64,000 nucleotides of DNA from an uncultured Verrucomicrobiae bacterium (GCA_963812605.1 CAWEWF010000006.1:384001-448000), one strand, 5' to 3'. Counted from the first letter of the stretch, positions 53,638 through 64,000 are shown. The notes: a model not told the origin generated them from the letters alone. A program made the numbers and translations.

Positions 53638-55080
53638 TTACAGATACGGTGAAAATAACCGCGCTACGGCGTCGCGTAGTTTTGCGGGTAACGATCGCGC
53701 ATTCACTTCCGCCAACGTGACCTCGCGCGCGCCGTGAAGTTTCCGTTGAATCACCGCTTCCATTTCACGGGCGAAATCGTGTCCGTAACATTCGAGGTTC
53801 AATTCAAAATTCAACCGCAGGCTGCGCGCGTCCCAATTCGCCGAGCCGAGCAGGACCCAGTGGCCGTCCACGATCATCAATTTGGAGTGGTCGAAGGGCG
53901 GTGGGGTGAGCCAGACACGACAGCCGCGTTTCAGCACCTGCCACCATAGGGCTCGTGAGGCCCAATGCACGAACGGCAGGTTGTTCTTCGCCGGCAGCAG
54001 AATGTCCACCCGCACGTCCCGCATCGCCGCGAGGTTCAGCGCGGTGATGAGCGCCGTGTCCGGCAAAAAATACGGCGTAACAATCTGCACGGACATTTGC
54101 GCCTCAGCCAGCGCCGCCAGCAGCGCCCAGCGGAATTTTTCGAAATCCTCATCCGGCCCGTCCGTGATGACGCGCGCGATGACTTCCCCGCATTCTTTCA
54201 ATTCGGGGAACCAGATGTCGCTGTCGAGTGTTTCGCCGGTGGTGAAGGCCCAATCATTCACAAACGCCTCCTGCAATCGCGTCACCACCGGGCCTTCGAC
54301 GCGAAATTGCAAATCCTGCACGGCATGTTGCGGGTGTTCGGCCAGGACGTTGCTGCGGCGGATGTTCATGCCGCCGGTAAAAGCCGTCCGGCCATCCGCA
54401 ACGAGAAGTTTGCGGTGATTGCGCAGGTTGATTGTTGTCACGCGCCAGGGGGTCAACAAAGAAGCCGGCAGGAATTTCGCAAACGGGACCTGCGCGCGTT
54501 TCAGTCGGTGGGTGATGGGCGGCCACGAGTAGCGCGTGCCGGCCGCGTCAATTAACACGCGCACAACCACCCCGCGTTTGACAGCGCGGCCCAGCGCGTC
54601 AACAAACTGTTTTCCGCTGGGGTCGTTATCGAAAATGTAGGTCGTGAACGCAAGGGACTTGGTGGCGGACTCGATCGCGGCAATCATGGCGGGAAACGCC
54701 GCGTCGCCGTTGACCAGTGATTGGACGCGGTTGCCAGGCGTCAGCGGCTGCCCGACGACGTGACTGACAACGCGCGCGAGTTGTTGCAGGTGCTGCGCTT
54801 CCACAGCCTCGGTTTCACCCAAATCTTCCGGAATGGGACGGCTGGTGATTTTATGTATGCCGAGGGAGATGGCGCGTCGGCGAATGCGGTTGATGCCGAA
54901 CACCAGATACAGCATCGGCCCGAGCACCGGCAGAAACCAGATGAGACCGATCCAGAGCGCCGCGGCACGCGAATCGCGCTTGTGTAGCAGGACGTGGATC
55001 GCGGCGAGCAGCGCCGCCAGGAAGCCAAAGCCCGCAACCAAATGCGGCCAAAACCTCGAAATCGCCTGGGGCCAGTCCAT
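53638..55080 (-). CDS. cls: Cardiolipin synthase (PLD family)
   Basis: Two N-terminal TMs; HKD motifs NHRKLLVADG and HSKLMIVDG; TPYFLP; GSANWD.RS. Confidence 0.93.
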   Translation of the reverse strand: MDWPQAISRFWPHLVAGFGFLAALLAAIHVLLHKRDSRAAALWIGLIWFLPVLGPMLYLVFGINRIRRRAISLGIHKITSRPIPEDLGETEAVEAQHLQQLARVVSHVVGQPLTPGNRVQSLVNGDAAFPAMIAAIESATKSLAFTTYIFDNDPSGKQFVDALGRAVKRGVVVRVLIDAAGTRYSWPPITHRLKRAQVPFAKFLPASLLTPWRVTTINLRNHRKLLVADGRTAFTGGMNIRRSNVLAEHPQHAVQDLQFRVEGPVVTRLQEAFVNDWAFTTGETLDSDIWFPELKECGEVIARVITDGPDEDFEKFRWALLAALAEAQMSVQIVTPYFLPDTALITALNLAAMRDVRVDILLPAKNNLPFVHWASRALWWQVLKRGCRVWLTPPPFDHSKLMIVDGHWVLLGSANWDARSLRLNFELNLECYGHDFAREMEAVIQRKLHGAREVTLAEVNARSLPAKLRDAVARLFSPYL

Positions 55081-55162
55081 GGATGGAATACTTTTAGTGG
55101 AAGCGACTGCCCGACGCGAGGATTTAGAAGACCGGCTGGGTTGTCCGCCAAAAGGAAAGTTG

Positions 55163-55192
55163 GCTCCCCGCTTTGGACGGTATGCGAACCTT
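55163..55192 (+). repeat. 30-bp direct repeat, copy 2 (att-like)
   Basis: gctccccgctttggacggtatgcgaacctt. Confidence 0.8.
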
Positions 55193-55250
55193 ATGTTTTG
55201 AACTTCTGAGGGTTTCCGAGCTAATAGAAGCCACGATCAAATAAGGGGTA

Positions 55251-55835
55251 TCATTGATTGAGACCCGCCCGAGGAATTTTGGTCTTCGCGAGTCTCAAAA
55301 CCCCCTTCCAAGCCAGAAGATGTTGCGTGCCTTGAGGTGGGCTAACTGCGAATGTGGCGGAGAGAAAGTAATCGTCCCGAGATTCAGCTGGTATGAGCCA
55401 AATACCCCCCAATCCGACAGACACTCCTCCCTGTTTAGAGGCGAACGTGTAACCGCTAGTAGAAACACGAAATCTCAATGTCGAATCGTACGGGATGACA
55501 ATCCAATAAGGTGACGGCATCTGGATGCTGAGGGCGCAGGGCGGTGTAGGTGGTGGAGGTTTACCTGAAGAGTCGAGCACTTCAGATTCCAATGGGTTTA
55601 CAGTGTTGTAGAAAATTTCCATCGGGCCGTTAATATTCAAAGCGTTTTGGAGTTCCAAATACACGACCGTCTCCCGCACGTTACCAATCCACCGCCCTTC
55701 CCCGGAGATCACCAATCGTCCTCGCAGTCCGTTGACCGTTTCAGACCAATCACCGACCGACATTGTATTGGTTCCCGCAGCTGCGATACAGCATTGAGAG
55801 CATACTAAGAGGAAGGAAAGTGCCATGGCTTTCAT
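55251..55835 (-). CDS. Hypothetical exported protein
   Basis: Signal peptide; GDWSETVNGLRGRL; looks more AT-rich than its neighbours. Confidence 0.7.
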   Translation of the reverse strand: MKAMALSFLLVCSQCCIAAAGTNTMSVGDWSETVNGLRGRLVISGEGRWIGNVRETVVYLELQNALNINGPMEIFYNTVNPLESEVLDSSGKPPPPTPPCALSIQMPSPYWIVIPYDSTLRFRVSTSGYTFASKQGGVSVGLGGIWLIPAESRDDYFLSATFAVSPPQGTQHLLAWKGVLRLAKTKIPRAGLNQ

Positions 55836-55979
55836 GATGTGCGGATTCCACCAACCATTTGATTATGCCACGCGCAGCGTCACGATTGCGAATTAAAACG
55901 ATGCGTTACCGTGCGCGTCCGCAGGTAGAACTCGAACCTCCGCTGACACCCCAGCCACCAGCCAGAGGCATGCTGACGA

Positions 55980-56750
55980 TCACAATCGCTGCACGGTCAG
56001 TCCGCCATCGACCATGATGACCTGGCCGGTGGAATACGGCAGGGCTCCGCCTGCCAGAGCTGCGACCGCTTTCCCCACGTCTTCGGGCGTGCCCCAACGG
56101 CGCTGGATTGCCAGGCCCTCGTCGAGTAACTTGTCGTACTTTTCCTGCACGCCCGCGGTCATGTCGGTCTTGATGATGCCGGGGCGCACCTCGTACACGG
56201 GGATGGCGAACTCGCCAAGCCGCGCGGCCCAAAGTTGTGTCGCCATCGCCACGCCCGCCTTGGAGATGCAGTATTCGCCACGGTTCACGGACGCGACGGT
56301 GGCCGAGATTGAGGAGACATTGACGATGCACCCGGCAAAGTTTGCGTCGCCGTTCTTCTGTTCGACCATCCACTTCGCGACCTCCTGCGTCAGAAAATAC
56401 GGGCCTTGCAGGTTTGTCCGCACAACGTGTTCGAAACTCGCTTCCGTCGCCTCCAGGATGTCGCGGCGTTCCTGCGGCGCGACTCCGGCATTGTTAACAA
56501 GCACGTGCAACCGGCCGAAACGCTGTCGGACTGCCGCGATCATTCGTGCGCGCGCCTCGCGGTCGGCCACGTCGCTCTGGCGGTACAACACTTCGGCGCC
56601 GAGCTTGCGCAAAGCCGCCAGCGCATCGGCCACGGCGTTCTCGGATCGCAAGCCGCACACGGCGAGATCCAATCCGTCGCCTGCCAGGGCTTGGGCGATG
56701 CCAAACCCGATACCGCGTGATCCCCCGGTGATGAGAGCCACTCGTTTCAT
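55980..56750 (-). CDS. Short-chain dehydrogenase/reductase
   Basis: TGGSRGIG, NNAG, YCISK, RPGIIKTDMT, VDGG. Confidence 0.93.
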   Translation of the reverse strand: MKRVALITGGSRGIGFGIAQALAGDGLDLAVCGLRSENAVADALAALRKLGAEVLYRQSDVADREARARMIAAVRQRFGRLHVLVNNAGVAPQERRDILEATEASFEHVVRTNLQGPYFLTQEVAKWMVEQKNGDANFAGCIVNVSSISATVASVNRGEYCISKAGVAMATQLWAARLGEFAIPVYEVRPGIIKTDMTAGVQEKYDKLLDEGLAIQRRWGTPEDVGKAVAALAGGALPYSTGQVIMVDGGLTVQRL

Positions 56751-58219
56751 GACGTGGATGATTTCTTGATTTGTTTTAACAATGCTGCGGCAGGACTGCG
56801 CTTGTAATGGTCGTCCAACGGATAGCACCCGGACGGCAATCCGTGACGCGGCGCCGTCGTGCAATCGCTAAACGTCCGACAAATCTGCCGATGCTCGAGA
56901 TGCCCCTGCTCCACTGCGTCCGCGAGCACGCGCGGATAGCTTAACACCACGCGACCGATGCCCACGCTGTCGACGTGCCCGTGCCGCAGGTAATACTGCG
57001 CCACGTGCGGAAGATATTCCTGCAGGTAGGTGTACGCCGAGCCGACGATGAGCAGGTTGGGAAACTTCGCCTTGAGTTCCCGGACCACGTTGATTTGCCG
57101 CGCGCAGCCGACAAGCGGATCCTCCGGCGGCAGGTAGCCGTCGGATGGTGGATAGGCGGCCGGCCGCTGGATGTGCGGATTGTAGTACGGACTGCCGGCC
57201 GATAGATTGATCAGCGTGATGCCGAGCCGCTCGCAGAGGCGAAGAAACTCAACGGCCTCGGTCAGGTCGTATTCCAGCGGGTTCTCCGCATTGACACCGA
57301 ACGCATATCGGTACGGCAAACAATGCGAAAAATCCTCGGGGATACCCGGTCCAGGTTTACCCGGTTTACTGAGCAGGGGATCGGGTTTGAAGGGCACGAT
57401 GTCGAAAATGCTGACGCGCACCGCGAGGCCCAGTTTCGGGGCGGCGGCGCGAACGGCTGCCGCGATCTCGCGCAGCGGTCGTGTGCGATTCTCGAACGAA
57501 CCGCCATATTGCCCGGCGCGTGTGTGAGCGCCGAGAAACTCGTGGAGCAGATAGCCGTGACAGTGCTTGATGTCCACGAAGTCTGCGCCCACCGCGGCGG
57601 CAATCCCGGCCGCCTTCGCATAGTCCTCGACGAGCTGTTTCACTTCATCATCACTGAGAACCTGCGCGTCGCTCGTGACGCCGAATTTTGCGTCGAGAAT
57701 CGGGTGTCGATAAGCCACGCGCGGTTCCGTCCGCTTTTTGTCATTCGGACGGCAGAAGCGCCCCGAATGCGTGAGTTGGAACCCGATCACGAGATCGTCG
57801 ATGCGGCCAAAACCTTCGTGGTGGGCCGCGACCAGGGTTTCGCGTAACTGTGCCAGCCCTTTCTGGTTCGTATCATTAATAATGATCTGATTCGGATTGG
57901 CGCGACCTTCCGGGCACACCGCCATCGCTTCGCCGCCCCAAATGAGTTTCGCGCCACTCGCGCCGAAATGCCGCCAGCGACGCATCATCGGCTCAGTAAT
58001 ACCGCCAGTGGTCGTGCCATCCCATCCTTCCATCGGCTGGACACACCAGCGGTTGCCAATGGCGCGATTGTTCCACCGCAGCGTCCGCACCAACGGGGAC
58101 GAGCTGCCACGGACAATTGTGTCTTCCGCGTGCAAATCGATGCCGAGACCGGCGGCGTGGTCGCGAAACGCCTGAACCGTTCGCAAGCCGGGAATCCGCG
58201 TGATGGTGACGGGATTCAT
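56747..58219 (-). CDS. NADH:flavin oxidoreductase (old yellow enzyme family)
   Basis: QPMEGWD, QLTHSGR, DIKHCHGYLLHEFL, YGGSFENRTR; C-terminal CRTFSDC...C. Confidence 0.9.
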   Translation of the reverse strand: MNPVTITRIPGLRTVQAFRDHAAGLGIDLHAEDTIVRGSSSPLVRTLRWNNRAIGNRWCVQPMEGWDGTTTGGITEPMMRRWRHFGASGAKLIWGGEAMAVCPEGRANPNQIIINDTNQKGLAQLRETLVAAHHEGFGRIDDLVIGFQLTHSGRFCRPNDKKRTEPRVAYRHPILDAKFGVTSDAQVLSDDEVKQLVEDYAKAAGIAAAVGADFVDIKHCHGYLLHEFLGAHTRAGQYGGSFENRTRPLREIAAAVRAAAPKLGLAVRVSIFDIVPFKPDPLLSKPGKPGPGIPEDFSHCLPYRYAFGVNAENPLEYDLTEAVEFLRLCERLGITLINLSAGSPYYNPHIQRPAAYPPSDGYLPPEDPLVGCARQINVVRELKAKFPNLLIVGSAYTYLQEYLPHVAQYYLRHGHVDSVGIGRVVLSYPRVLADAVEQGHLEHRQICRTFSDCTTAPRHGLPSGCYPLDDHYKRSPAAALLKQIKKSSTS

Positions 58220-59547
58220 AAAAAGAACTTCAAGTACGGCTTCCCTTCGGCGATTCGCTGCACATACAACGCAACTTCGCGGGCGTGATAATCCCCCCAC
58301 ATGCTGGACTCGCCGCAGGGAACTTTGTGATTTGGCGGCACGTGGTCCCAGCCATTCGGACGGTGGTACACGCTATGGAGAATCAGTCCTTGATGCCCGG
58401 CCCGGGCACCGAGATATGGTTCATCGAACAACGTGTCGAGGATCGTCAGCCCGGCCTGCCAGTAGAGCGCTCCAGCCTTGCCGAGATAGCGCCCGAGCCG
58501 CAGCAAGCCTTGCGCGGCGATCACCGCCGCCGAGCTGTCCACCGGCTCGAAGTCATTGAATGGATCGGCCGGCCGAGCCAGATAATCCCCCAGCTCGTGC
58601 AGCCCTGGCGCTCCTGTGTCCCAGTACGGGATGCCGTCAGTCGGGGTGTTGGCGATGTAGAAATCACAGGTCGCGCGCGCCGCCTTTTCGAACAACGCCC
58701 GGTGTCGCTTCTCTCCCGTGGCGTCGAGGAATTCCAGTTGTTCCGCGAACCCGCACATTGCCCACGCCAGTCCACGGGTCCAGGTCGTAAACGGCGAGTA
58801 GCCTTGTTGCGAATTGGGACAACGAAAACTGCCGTCGTTGACATTGAAAATGGCCTCGTGCGCGACGCGTCCACGGACGTCAAACGCGTCGCGATGTTTA
58901 CCGTAATAAATCGAGTACGTCGCGGTCGCGCGCACATGGTCGAGCAATCGCTCCAACAGCGAGATTCTCTTGTCGCTTTCGCCCATCAACACCTGCCCCA
59001 GTTGGTGCGCCATGGCCAGCGAGCGCAACGAGCGGATCGTGTCCACGAACAACGAATGGGGACCATTGAAGGAATAGATGTAGCCGCCGTCGCGAAGTTT
59101 CGTCCAGCGACTTGCCTGGACAGCGCCCGAACACTTCAGCGCCAGTTCGTAGAAATTGCGTTCCCAGGCGTTCTCCGCGATGCGACCCTCATTCATCAAC
59201 CGCAACAAATTCCCGTACGTGCTAATGTTGTTGAATCCGTGGTCGTGCACGCCGGTGTGCGTGACGTGGCCCGCCATCACCTGCACCGTTTTCTCGCGGC
59301 CGATCCGCAGATACCGCTTGTCGCCCGTGGCATCGAACTGCAGGATCGCGGAACCGTATTGAAATCCCTGGGTCCATTCCGTCCACCCGCGCGCGGTATA
59401 TTGTCCGCGCACGGTGAACACCGGCGAACCCTTCGAGGTATCATAGCGCTTCTCGATGGCAGCGATTTTGGCCGACGACAACCGCCACAGGCGGTCGATT
59501 TTCCCGTGGAGGTGCGCGGGCCGCAGCGCGTGGTTGATCCTGAGCAT
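58216..59547 (-). CDS. GH88-like glycoside hydrolase
   Basis: WTQGF, HDHGFN, DTIRS, QGYS..TTWTRGLAW, IPYWD, DSSAA, WGDY. Confidence 0.85.
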   Translation of the reverse strand: MLRINHALRPAHLHGKIDRLWRLSSAKIAAIEKRYDTSKGSPVFTVRGQYTARGWTEWTQGFQYGSAILQFDATGDKRYLRIGREKTVQVMAGHVTHTGVHDHGFNNISTYGNLLRLMNEGRIAENAWERNFYELALKCSGAVQASRWTKLRDGGYIYSFNGPHSLFVDTIRSLRSLAMAHQLGQVLMGESDKRISLLERLLDHVRATATYSIYYGKHRDAFDVRGRVAHEAIFNVNDGSFRCPNSQQGYSPFTTWTRGLAWAMCGFAEQLEFLDATGEKRHRALFEKAARATCDFYIANTPTDGIPYWDTGAPGLHELGDYLARPADPFNDFEPVDSSAAVIAAQGLLRLGRYLGKAGALYWQAGLTILDTLFDEPYLGARAGHQGLILHSVYHRPNGWDHVPPNHKVPCGESSMWGDYHAREVALYVQRIAEGKPYLKFFL

Positions 59548-59551
59548 AATG

Positions 59552-60094
59552 CTAGAAGCGTTTCCCCTTGCGCAGGTGCAGGATGATGACCTGGCAATTG
59601 TCCAGCGCCTGGTAGGTGTGATGCAGGATCGCGTCGAATTGGATCGCCTCGCCCGATTTCAGTTGGTGCGTCTCGTGCGGAAGCGTAACGGAAAGTTTAC
59701 CCGACAACACCCAGCACACCTCGTAGTCGTCGCGATGTATTTCCGGGCGCGAAACCTTGGCGCCCTTGGGCGCGGCCCCGAACAAGGCGCGCACATTGCC
59801 GTACTGAATCTCGCGGAACACGAATTCGCCGCCGACATGGGATGCCTCCACCGCGCGCTGGGACGTACGGGCCTCTGCCAGCGCCAGCATCTCGGTGGCA
59901 TTCATGCCGAACACGCGACTGAGTCGAAACAATGTCTCCAACTCGGCGCTGGTCTGGTTGCGTTCGAGCTTGGAGATGACGGCGGAAGAGATGCCCGAAC
60001 GCGACGACACATTTTGGATCGTCAGCCCGTCTCGTTTGCGCAGGTCGCGCAGGAAAGAGAAATCGTACGCCCGCGTTTCCGTAGTTTTACGCAT
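59552..60094 (-). CDS. XRE-family HTH regulator with cupin domain
   Basis: LRDLRK..GLTI..VS..SGIS...ISKLERN; LKSGEAIQFDA..HHTY. Confidence 0.9.
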   Translation of the reverse strand: MRKTTETRAYDFSFLRDLRKRDGLTIQNVSSRSGISSAVISKLERNQTSAELETLFRLSRVFGMNATEMLALAEARTSQRAVEASHVGGEFVFREIQYGNVRALFGAAPKGAKVSRPEIHRDDYEVCWVLSGKLSVTLPHETHQLKSGEAIQFDAILHHTYQALDNCQVIILHLRKGKRF

Positions 60095-60213
60095 CTGGAT
60101 ATTTCTTTGACAGCAACAACATGCGTAATAATCGACTGTTTGCGAAATATTGTCAAGGGAATAAACACCGTTTGCAAAACAGGATTACCCGGTCTAGTTT
60201 CGTCTGAAGGCAG

Positions 60214-60757
60214 ATGATGGCATTCGACCTGGAGAATATCCCGACGCGCAATCAGGCGGGCGCATTTCACGTGGTCGTTGAATCGCCCCGCGGGTCAGGC
60301 ATCAAATTCAAGTACGAAACCGATTCTCGGCGCAATGGTCTTCGACCGCCCTCTCACAAGCGGCTTGGTCTATCCGTTCGACTGGGGTTTCGTGCCGGGT
60401 ACGCGGGCCCCGGATGGTGATCCTTTGGATGCGCTGGTGATGTTTGATCAACCCACCTTTCCCGGGGTTGTTATTGCCTGCCGTGCCCTGGGAGTCATCC
60501 GTCTGAAGCAAAAGCGTCACAAGCAAAAACATTGGCAGCGCAACGATCGAGTGATTGCCGTCCCGCTGAAAGCGCCCCGCTTCGAACACCTGCGCGATCC
60601 CGGTGATTTATCGCAACGCCAGCGAGACGAATTGGACCAGTTTTTCCTGTCCGCCATTCTGTTCGAGGATAAAGAGGCAAAAGTATTGGGCTGGGGCGGA
60701 TCCCGCGAGGCCGAAAACCTCGTGGATAGCACCTGCACTTCCCGCAAATGCTCCTAG
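60214..60757 (+). CDS. ppa: Inorganic pyrophosphatase (family I); frameshift near 60320
   Basis: VVESPRGS..KFKY, YPFDWGFVPGT...DGDPLD, NDRVIAV. Confidence 0.88.
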
Positions 60758-60860
60758 GGAGTCGGCTGCTGCCCGAATCAGATTTCGTCTGATTGAAGCG
60801 CCTGCGATTCCGAAGGATTGTCGGGTGTACAGATTCGGGTTTTGAACAGGAGGCGGTTAC

Positions 60861-61928
60861 ATGAATGGAGCAACCAGGCCACTGGGCGCTGCCGAAAACA
60901 AGGATCCGGCTGGGCCATTTCCTTTTTTGGAAACGCCGCCGATGGACCGTCGTGGTTTTCTGAAAGTGTCCGTCGCCACAGCGGTGTTTGCGGCAACGAG
61001 CGGGATCACCTGGGCAATGGATGAAAAGGCGGGCATTCCGCGGCGGAAACTCGGCCGGACCGGCGAAAGTGTTTCCATGATCGGTCTCGGTGGTTTCCAC
61101 CTTGGAATGCCCAGCGAGGAGACAAGCCTGCGCATTGTTCGCACGGCCATCGATAACGGCATGAACTTTCTCGATAACTGTTGGGACTACAATGGCGGTG
61201 TCAGTGAAATACGGATGGGCAAAGCTTTGCGCGACGGTTATCGCGACCGCGCTTTTCTGATGACGAAAATCGATGGACGAGATCGCTTTACGGCTCAAAA
61301 GCAAATTGATGAATCCCTGCGTCGGCTACAGACCGATCATCTTGACCTGCTGCAGTTGCACGAAGTGATTCGATTAAACGATCCGGACCGGACCTTCGCC
61401 AAGGGCGGGGCCATTGAAGCGTTGTTAGAGTCCCAGAAGGCCGGGAAGACGCGTTTTCTGGGTTTCACCGGACACAAGGACCCTCAGATTCACCTGAAAA
61501 TGCTCGAAGCCGCCGCGGCACACGACTTCCACTTCGATACCGTGCAAATGCCTCTCAACGTCATGGACGCGCATTTTAACAGTTTCGAGAAAAAAGTATT
61601 GCCCGAACTCGTGAGGCAACAGATCGGTGTGTTGAGCATGAAACCCATCGGCAGCGGTGTTATTCTGGAGAGCAAAACCGCCAGCGCCGTGGAATGTCTG
61701 CACTATGCGATGAATCTGCCAACGAGCGTGGTCATTACGGGTTGTGACTCCCTGGCCATCTTGCAACAGGCGTTGGATGCCGCCCGCGGTTTTCGCCCGA
61801 TGAGCGAGGACCAGGTTTCAGCGTTGCTCGCCAGGACAGCCCAGGCATCCAACATTGGACAATTTGAGCTGTACAAAACCTCCCCGCGATTCGATAGCAC
61901 ACAGCAGCATATCGAGTGGTTGGGCTAG
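60861..61928 (+). CDS. Tat-exported aldo/keto reductase
   Basis: DRRGFLK signal; LGRTG, DNCWDY, FLMTK, SLRRLQTDHLDL, GFTGHK. Confidence 0.9.
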   Translation: MNGATRPLGAAENKDPAGPFPFLETPPMDRRGFLKVSVATAVFAATSGITWAMDEKAGIPRRKLGRTGESVSMIGLGGFHLGMPSEETSLRIVRTAIDNGMNFLDNCWDYNGGVSEIRMGKALRDGYRDRAFLMTKIDGRDRFTAQKQIDESLRRLQTDHLDLLQLHEVIRLNDPDRTFAKGGAIEALLESQKAGKTRFLGFTGHKDPQIHLKMLEAAAAHDFHFDTVQMPLNVMDAHFNSFEKKVLPELVRQQIGVLSMKPIGSGVILESKTASAVECLHYAMNLPTSVVITGCDSLAILQQALDAARGFRPMSEDQVSALLARTAQASNIGQFELYKTSPRFDSTQQHIEWLG

Positions 61929-62135
61929 GCGCGATCCCCGTGCGATGTACTCCGTATTATCTCTGATTGCGCTCTCGGAAGGCTTCCTAGAGTAGAATCG
62001 GGAAGCCTCCGATTGCCGGACATTCGGCAAATATGCTTATCTTTCCTCGATAATGCGAAAGACATTGTTTGGGGAACCGCGACTTCCGGTTATGTCTCGT
62101 CCAAATAACGCGGATAGTGCAGGAAGAGGCCGTTC

Positions 62136-64000
62136 ATGAAGACAGCCACGCTTTCGAATGTGATTGGTAAACCCCATCCGGGCGCCGAGTCGACCGCGCC
62201 TTCCGGTAACGGCGGGACATCCAATGGCGAGAACGACCGCATGCAACAGATTCTCCAGGCCATGCTGGCTTTCCGCAATGGCGACTTCAGCCAGCGCCTG
62301 CCGGCAGAGTGGACCGGTGTTCACGGAAAAATATCGGACGCTTTCAATGACATTCTCACCACCAGCGAGCGGCGCGCAACGGAAACGGCCCGCATTTGCC
62401 GCAAAGTGGGCAAGGAAGGCAAGCTCAAGCAACGGATGATCGTGCCGGGGGCCGGTGGCGGTTGGGCCGATGAAATTCAGTCCATCAACACACTCATTGA
62501 CGACCTCGTTTGGCCCACGACCGAAGTAACTCGCGCCATTGGCGCGGTCGCCAAGGGCGACCTGGGCCAGTCCATGGCCCTGGAAGCCGATGGCCGCCCT
62601 CTGGAGGGCGAGTTTTTGCGCTCGGCCAAACTCGTCAACACGATGATCGATCAGCTTTCGGTGTTCACGTCGGAAGTGACGCGCGTGGCCCGCGAAGTGG
62701 GTACGGAAGGCAAACTTGGGGGCCAGGCGCAGGTTCGGGGTGTTTCCGGGGTGTGGAAGGACCTGACGGAATCGGTCAACCAAATGGCCGGCAATCTTAC
62801 CGCGCAGGTCCGCAGCATCGCGGACGTGACCATCGCGGTGGCCAACGGCGATCTTTCCAAGAAGATCACCGTCGATGTGCGTGGCGAGATTCTTCAGCTC
62901 AAAGAGGCGATCAATACGATGGTCGATCAACTCCGGTCCTTCGCCTCCGAAGTGACGCGTGTCGCCCGCGAAGTCGGCACCGACGGCAAACTCGGCGGCC
63001 AGGCAGCGGTGCCCGGCGTGGCCGGCACGTGGAAAGACCTTACCGATTCGGTCAATGCCATGGCCTCCAACCTTACCGGCCAGGTCCGCAATATCGCCGC
63101 CGTTACCACAGCCGTGGCGCGCGGCGACTTGTCGCGCAAGATCACTGTCGACGTGAAAGGTGAGTTGCTCGAGCTCAAGGAAACCATCAACACGATGGTC
63201 GATCAACTCAATGCGTTTTCTTCCGAAGTGACTCGCGTGGCCCGCGAAGTCGGCACGGAAGGCAAGCTCGGCGGCCAAGCGGCGGTGCCGGGCGTGGCTG
63301 GCACCTGGAAGGACCTTACCGACTCCGTCAACTCCATGGCCTCGAACCTTACCGGTCAGGTCCGCAACATCGCGGAAGTGACCACCGCTGTCGCCAGGGG
63401 AGATCTTTCCCGCAAGATTACCGTGGACGTGAAGGGCGAGATTCTCGCGCTGAAAAACACCATCAATACGATGGTCGATCAGCTTAATGGGTTTGCCTCC
63501 GAGGTCACGCGCGTCGCTCGCGAAGTCGGCACCGATGGCAAACTCGGCGGCCAGGCGGCGGTGCCCGGCGTGGCGGGTACGTGGAAGGACCTCACCGACA
63601 ACGTCAACTCGATGGCCTCCAATCTCACCGGTCAGGTCCGCAACATCGCCGAGGTGACCATCGCCGTGGCCAATGGCGATCTTTCCAAGAAGATCACGGT
63701 GGACGTGCGGGGCGAGATCCTCGAACTCAAAGACACCATCAATACGATGGTCGACCAGCTCAATGGGTTTGCCTCCGAGGTCACACGCGTGGCCCGCGAA
63801 GTCGGCACGGAAGGCATTCTGGGCGGCCAGGCGCTTGTGCCTGGCGTGGCCGGTACGTGGAAGGACCTCACGGACAACGTCAACTCGATGGCCTCCAATC
63901 TCACCGGCCAGGTCCGCAATATTGCCGATGTGGCCACGGCCATTGCGCGCGGCGATTTGTCCCGTAAGATCACTGTCGATGTGAAAGGCGAAATCCTCGA
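62136..64000 (+). CDS. Poly-HAMP protein, probably a group III (Nik1-like) hybrid histidine kinase; runs off the window
   Basis: Open frame from ATG 62136; 276-nt (92-aa) tandem units [11 protein letters not shown](E/D)[21 protein letters not shown]; no kinase domain inside the window. Confidence 0.9.
   Translation, partial: MKTATLSNVIGKPHPGAESTAPSGNGGTSNGENDRMQQILQAMLAFRNGDFSQRLPAEWTGVHGKISDAFNDILTTSERRATETARICRKVGKEGKLKQRMIVPGAGGGWADEIQSINTLIDDLVWPTTEVTRAIGAVAKGDLGQSMALEADGRPLEGEFLRSAKLVNTMIDQLSVFTSEVTRVAREVGTEGKLGGQAQVRGVSGVWKDLTESVNQMAGNLTAQVRSIADVTIAVANGDLSKKITVDVRGEILQLKEAINTMVDQLRSFASEVTRVAREVGTDGKLGGQAAVPGVAGTWKDLTDSVNAMASNLTGQVRNIAAVTTAVARGDLSRKITVDVKGELLELKETINTMVDQLNAFSSEVTRVAREVGTEGKLGGQAAVPGVAGTWKDLTDSVNSMASNLTGQVRNIAEVTTAVARGDLSRKITVDVKGEILALKNTINTMVDQLNGFASEVTRVAREVGTDGKLGGQAAVPGVAGTWKDLTDNVNSMASNLTGQVRNIAEVTIAVANGDLSKKITVDVRGEILELKDTINTMVDQLNGFASEVTRVAREVGTEGILGGQALVPGVAGTWKDLTDNVNSMASNLTGQVRNIADVATAIARGDLSRKITVDVKGEIL

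Noticed and set aside
55161-55192. tRNA gene on the minus strand (GGTTCG...GGGGAGCCA)
   Set aside because: The T-arm to CCA spacing is wrong and there are no D or anticodon arms; kept only as an att-like repeat
52890-55900. Integron cassettes (attC) around the orphan genes
   Set aside because: No RYYYAAC...GTTRRRY paired ends and no integron integrase were found
62600-64000. 276-nt tandem DNA repeats as a CRISPR or repeat array
   Set aside because: They are in-frame HAMP units with synonymous variation and no unique spacers

Overview
A 64 kb, GC-rich bacterial chromosomal window, most likely Verrucomicrobiota. This is inferred from PEP-CTERM proteins, secreted proteins with a C-terminal ...(F/Y)(F/Y)R domain, GTAG/GGAG REP-like repeats and the DUF1800/DUF1501 pair. 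About 15 genes carry single-base frameshifts, most simply explained as long-read assembly errors. In order, the window holds: a GNAT; a stand-alone AIPR gene; a REP-rich intergenic block; waaA; a 5-PAS hybrid kinase and a receiver protein; a secreted CBM20-like repeat protein; DUF1800/DUF1501; a ~15.5 kb type II secretion-like operon; a pentose operon (xylA-araA-Zn dehydrogenase-araB-araD-eda); a GH16-FN3-malectin enzyme; two PEP-CTERM genes; a YfhO-like protein; an orphan Flp pilin; glutamine synthetase II divergent from a mini-kinase/PP2C pair; cls; an XRE-GH88-flavin oxidoreductase-SDR cluster; ppa; a Tat aldo/keto reductase; and a poly-HAMP gene that runs off the end. The best candidate for an undescribed system is the T2SS-like operon. 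It has a full sigma-54 promoter (paired 17-bp enhancer-like sites, IHF box, -24/-12), opens with a Spy/CpxP/ZraP-like LTxxQ protein, has a secretin split over two genes and closes with its own sensor kinase and sigma-54 activator. Other notable signals are a twice-repeated REP+promoter module with no gene, a REP doublet read in-frame inside a dehydrogenase gene, two 30-bp att-like direct repeats each next to an orphan gene, and a shared C-terminal domain on two unrelated secreted proteins. No rRNA, tRNA, CRISPR array or intact transposase was seen.
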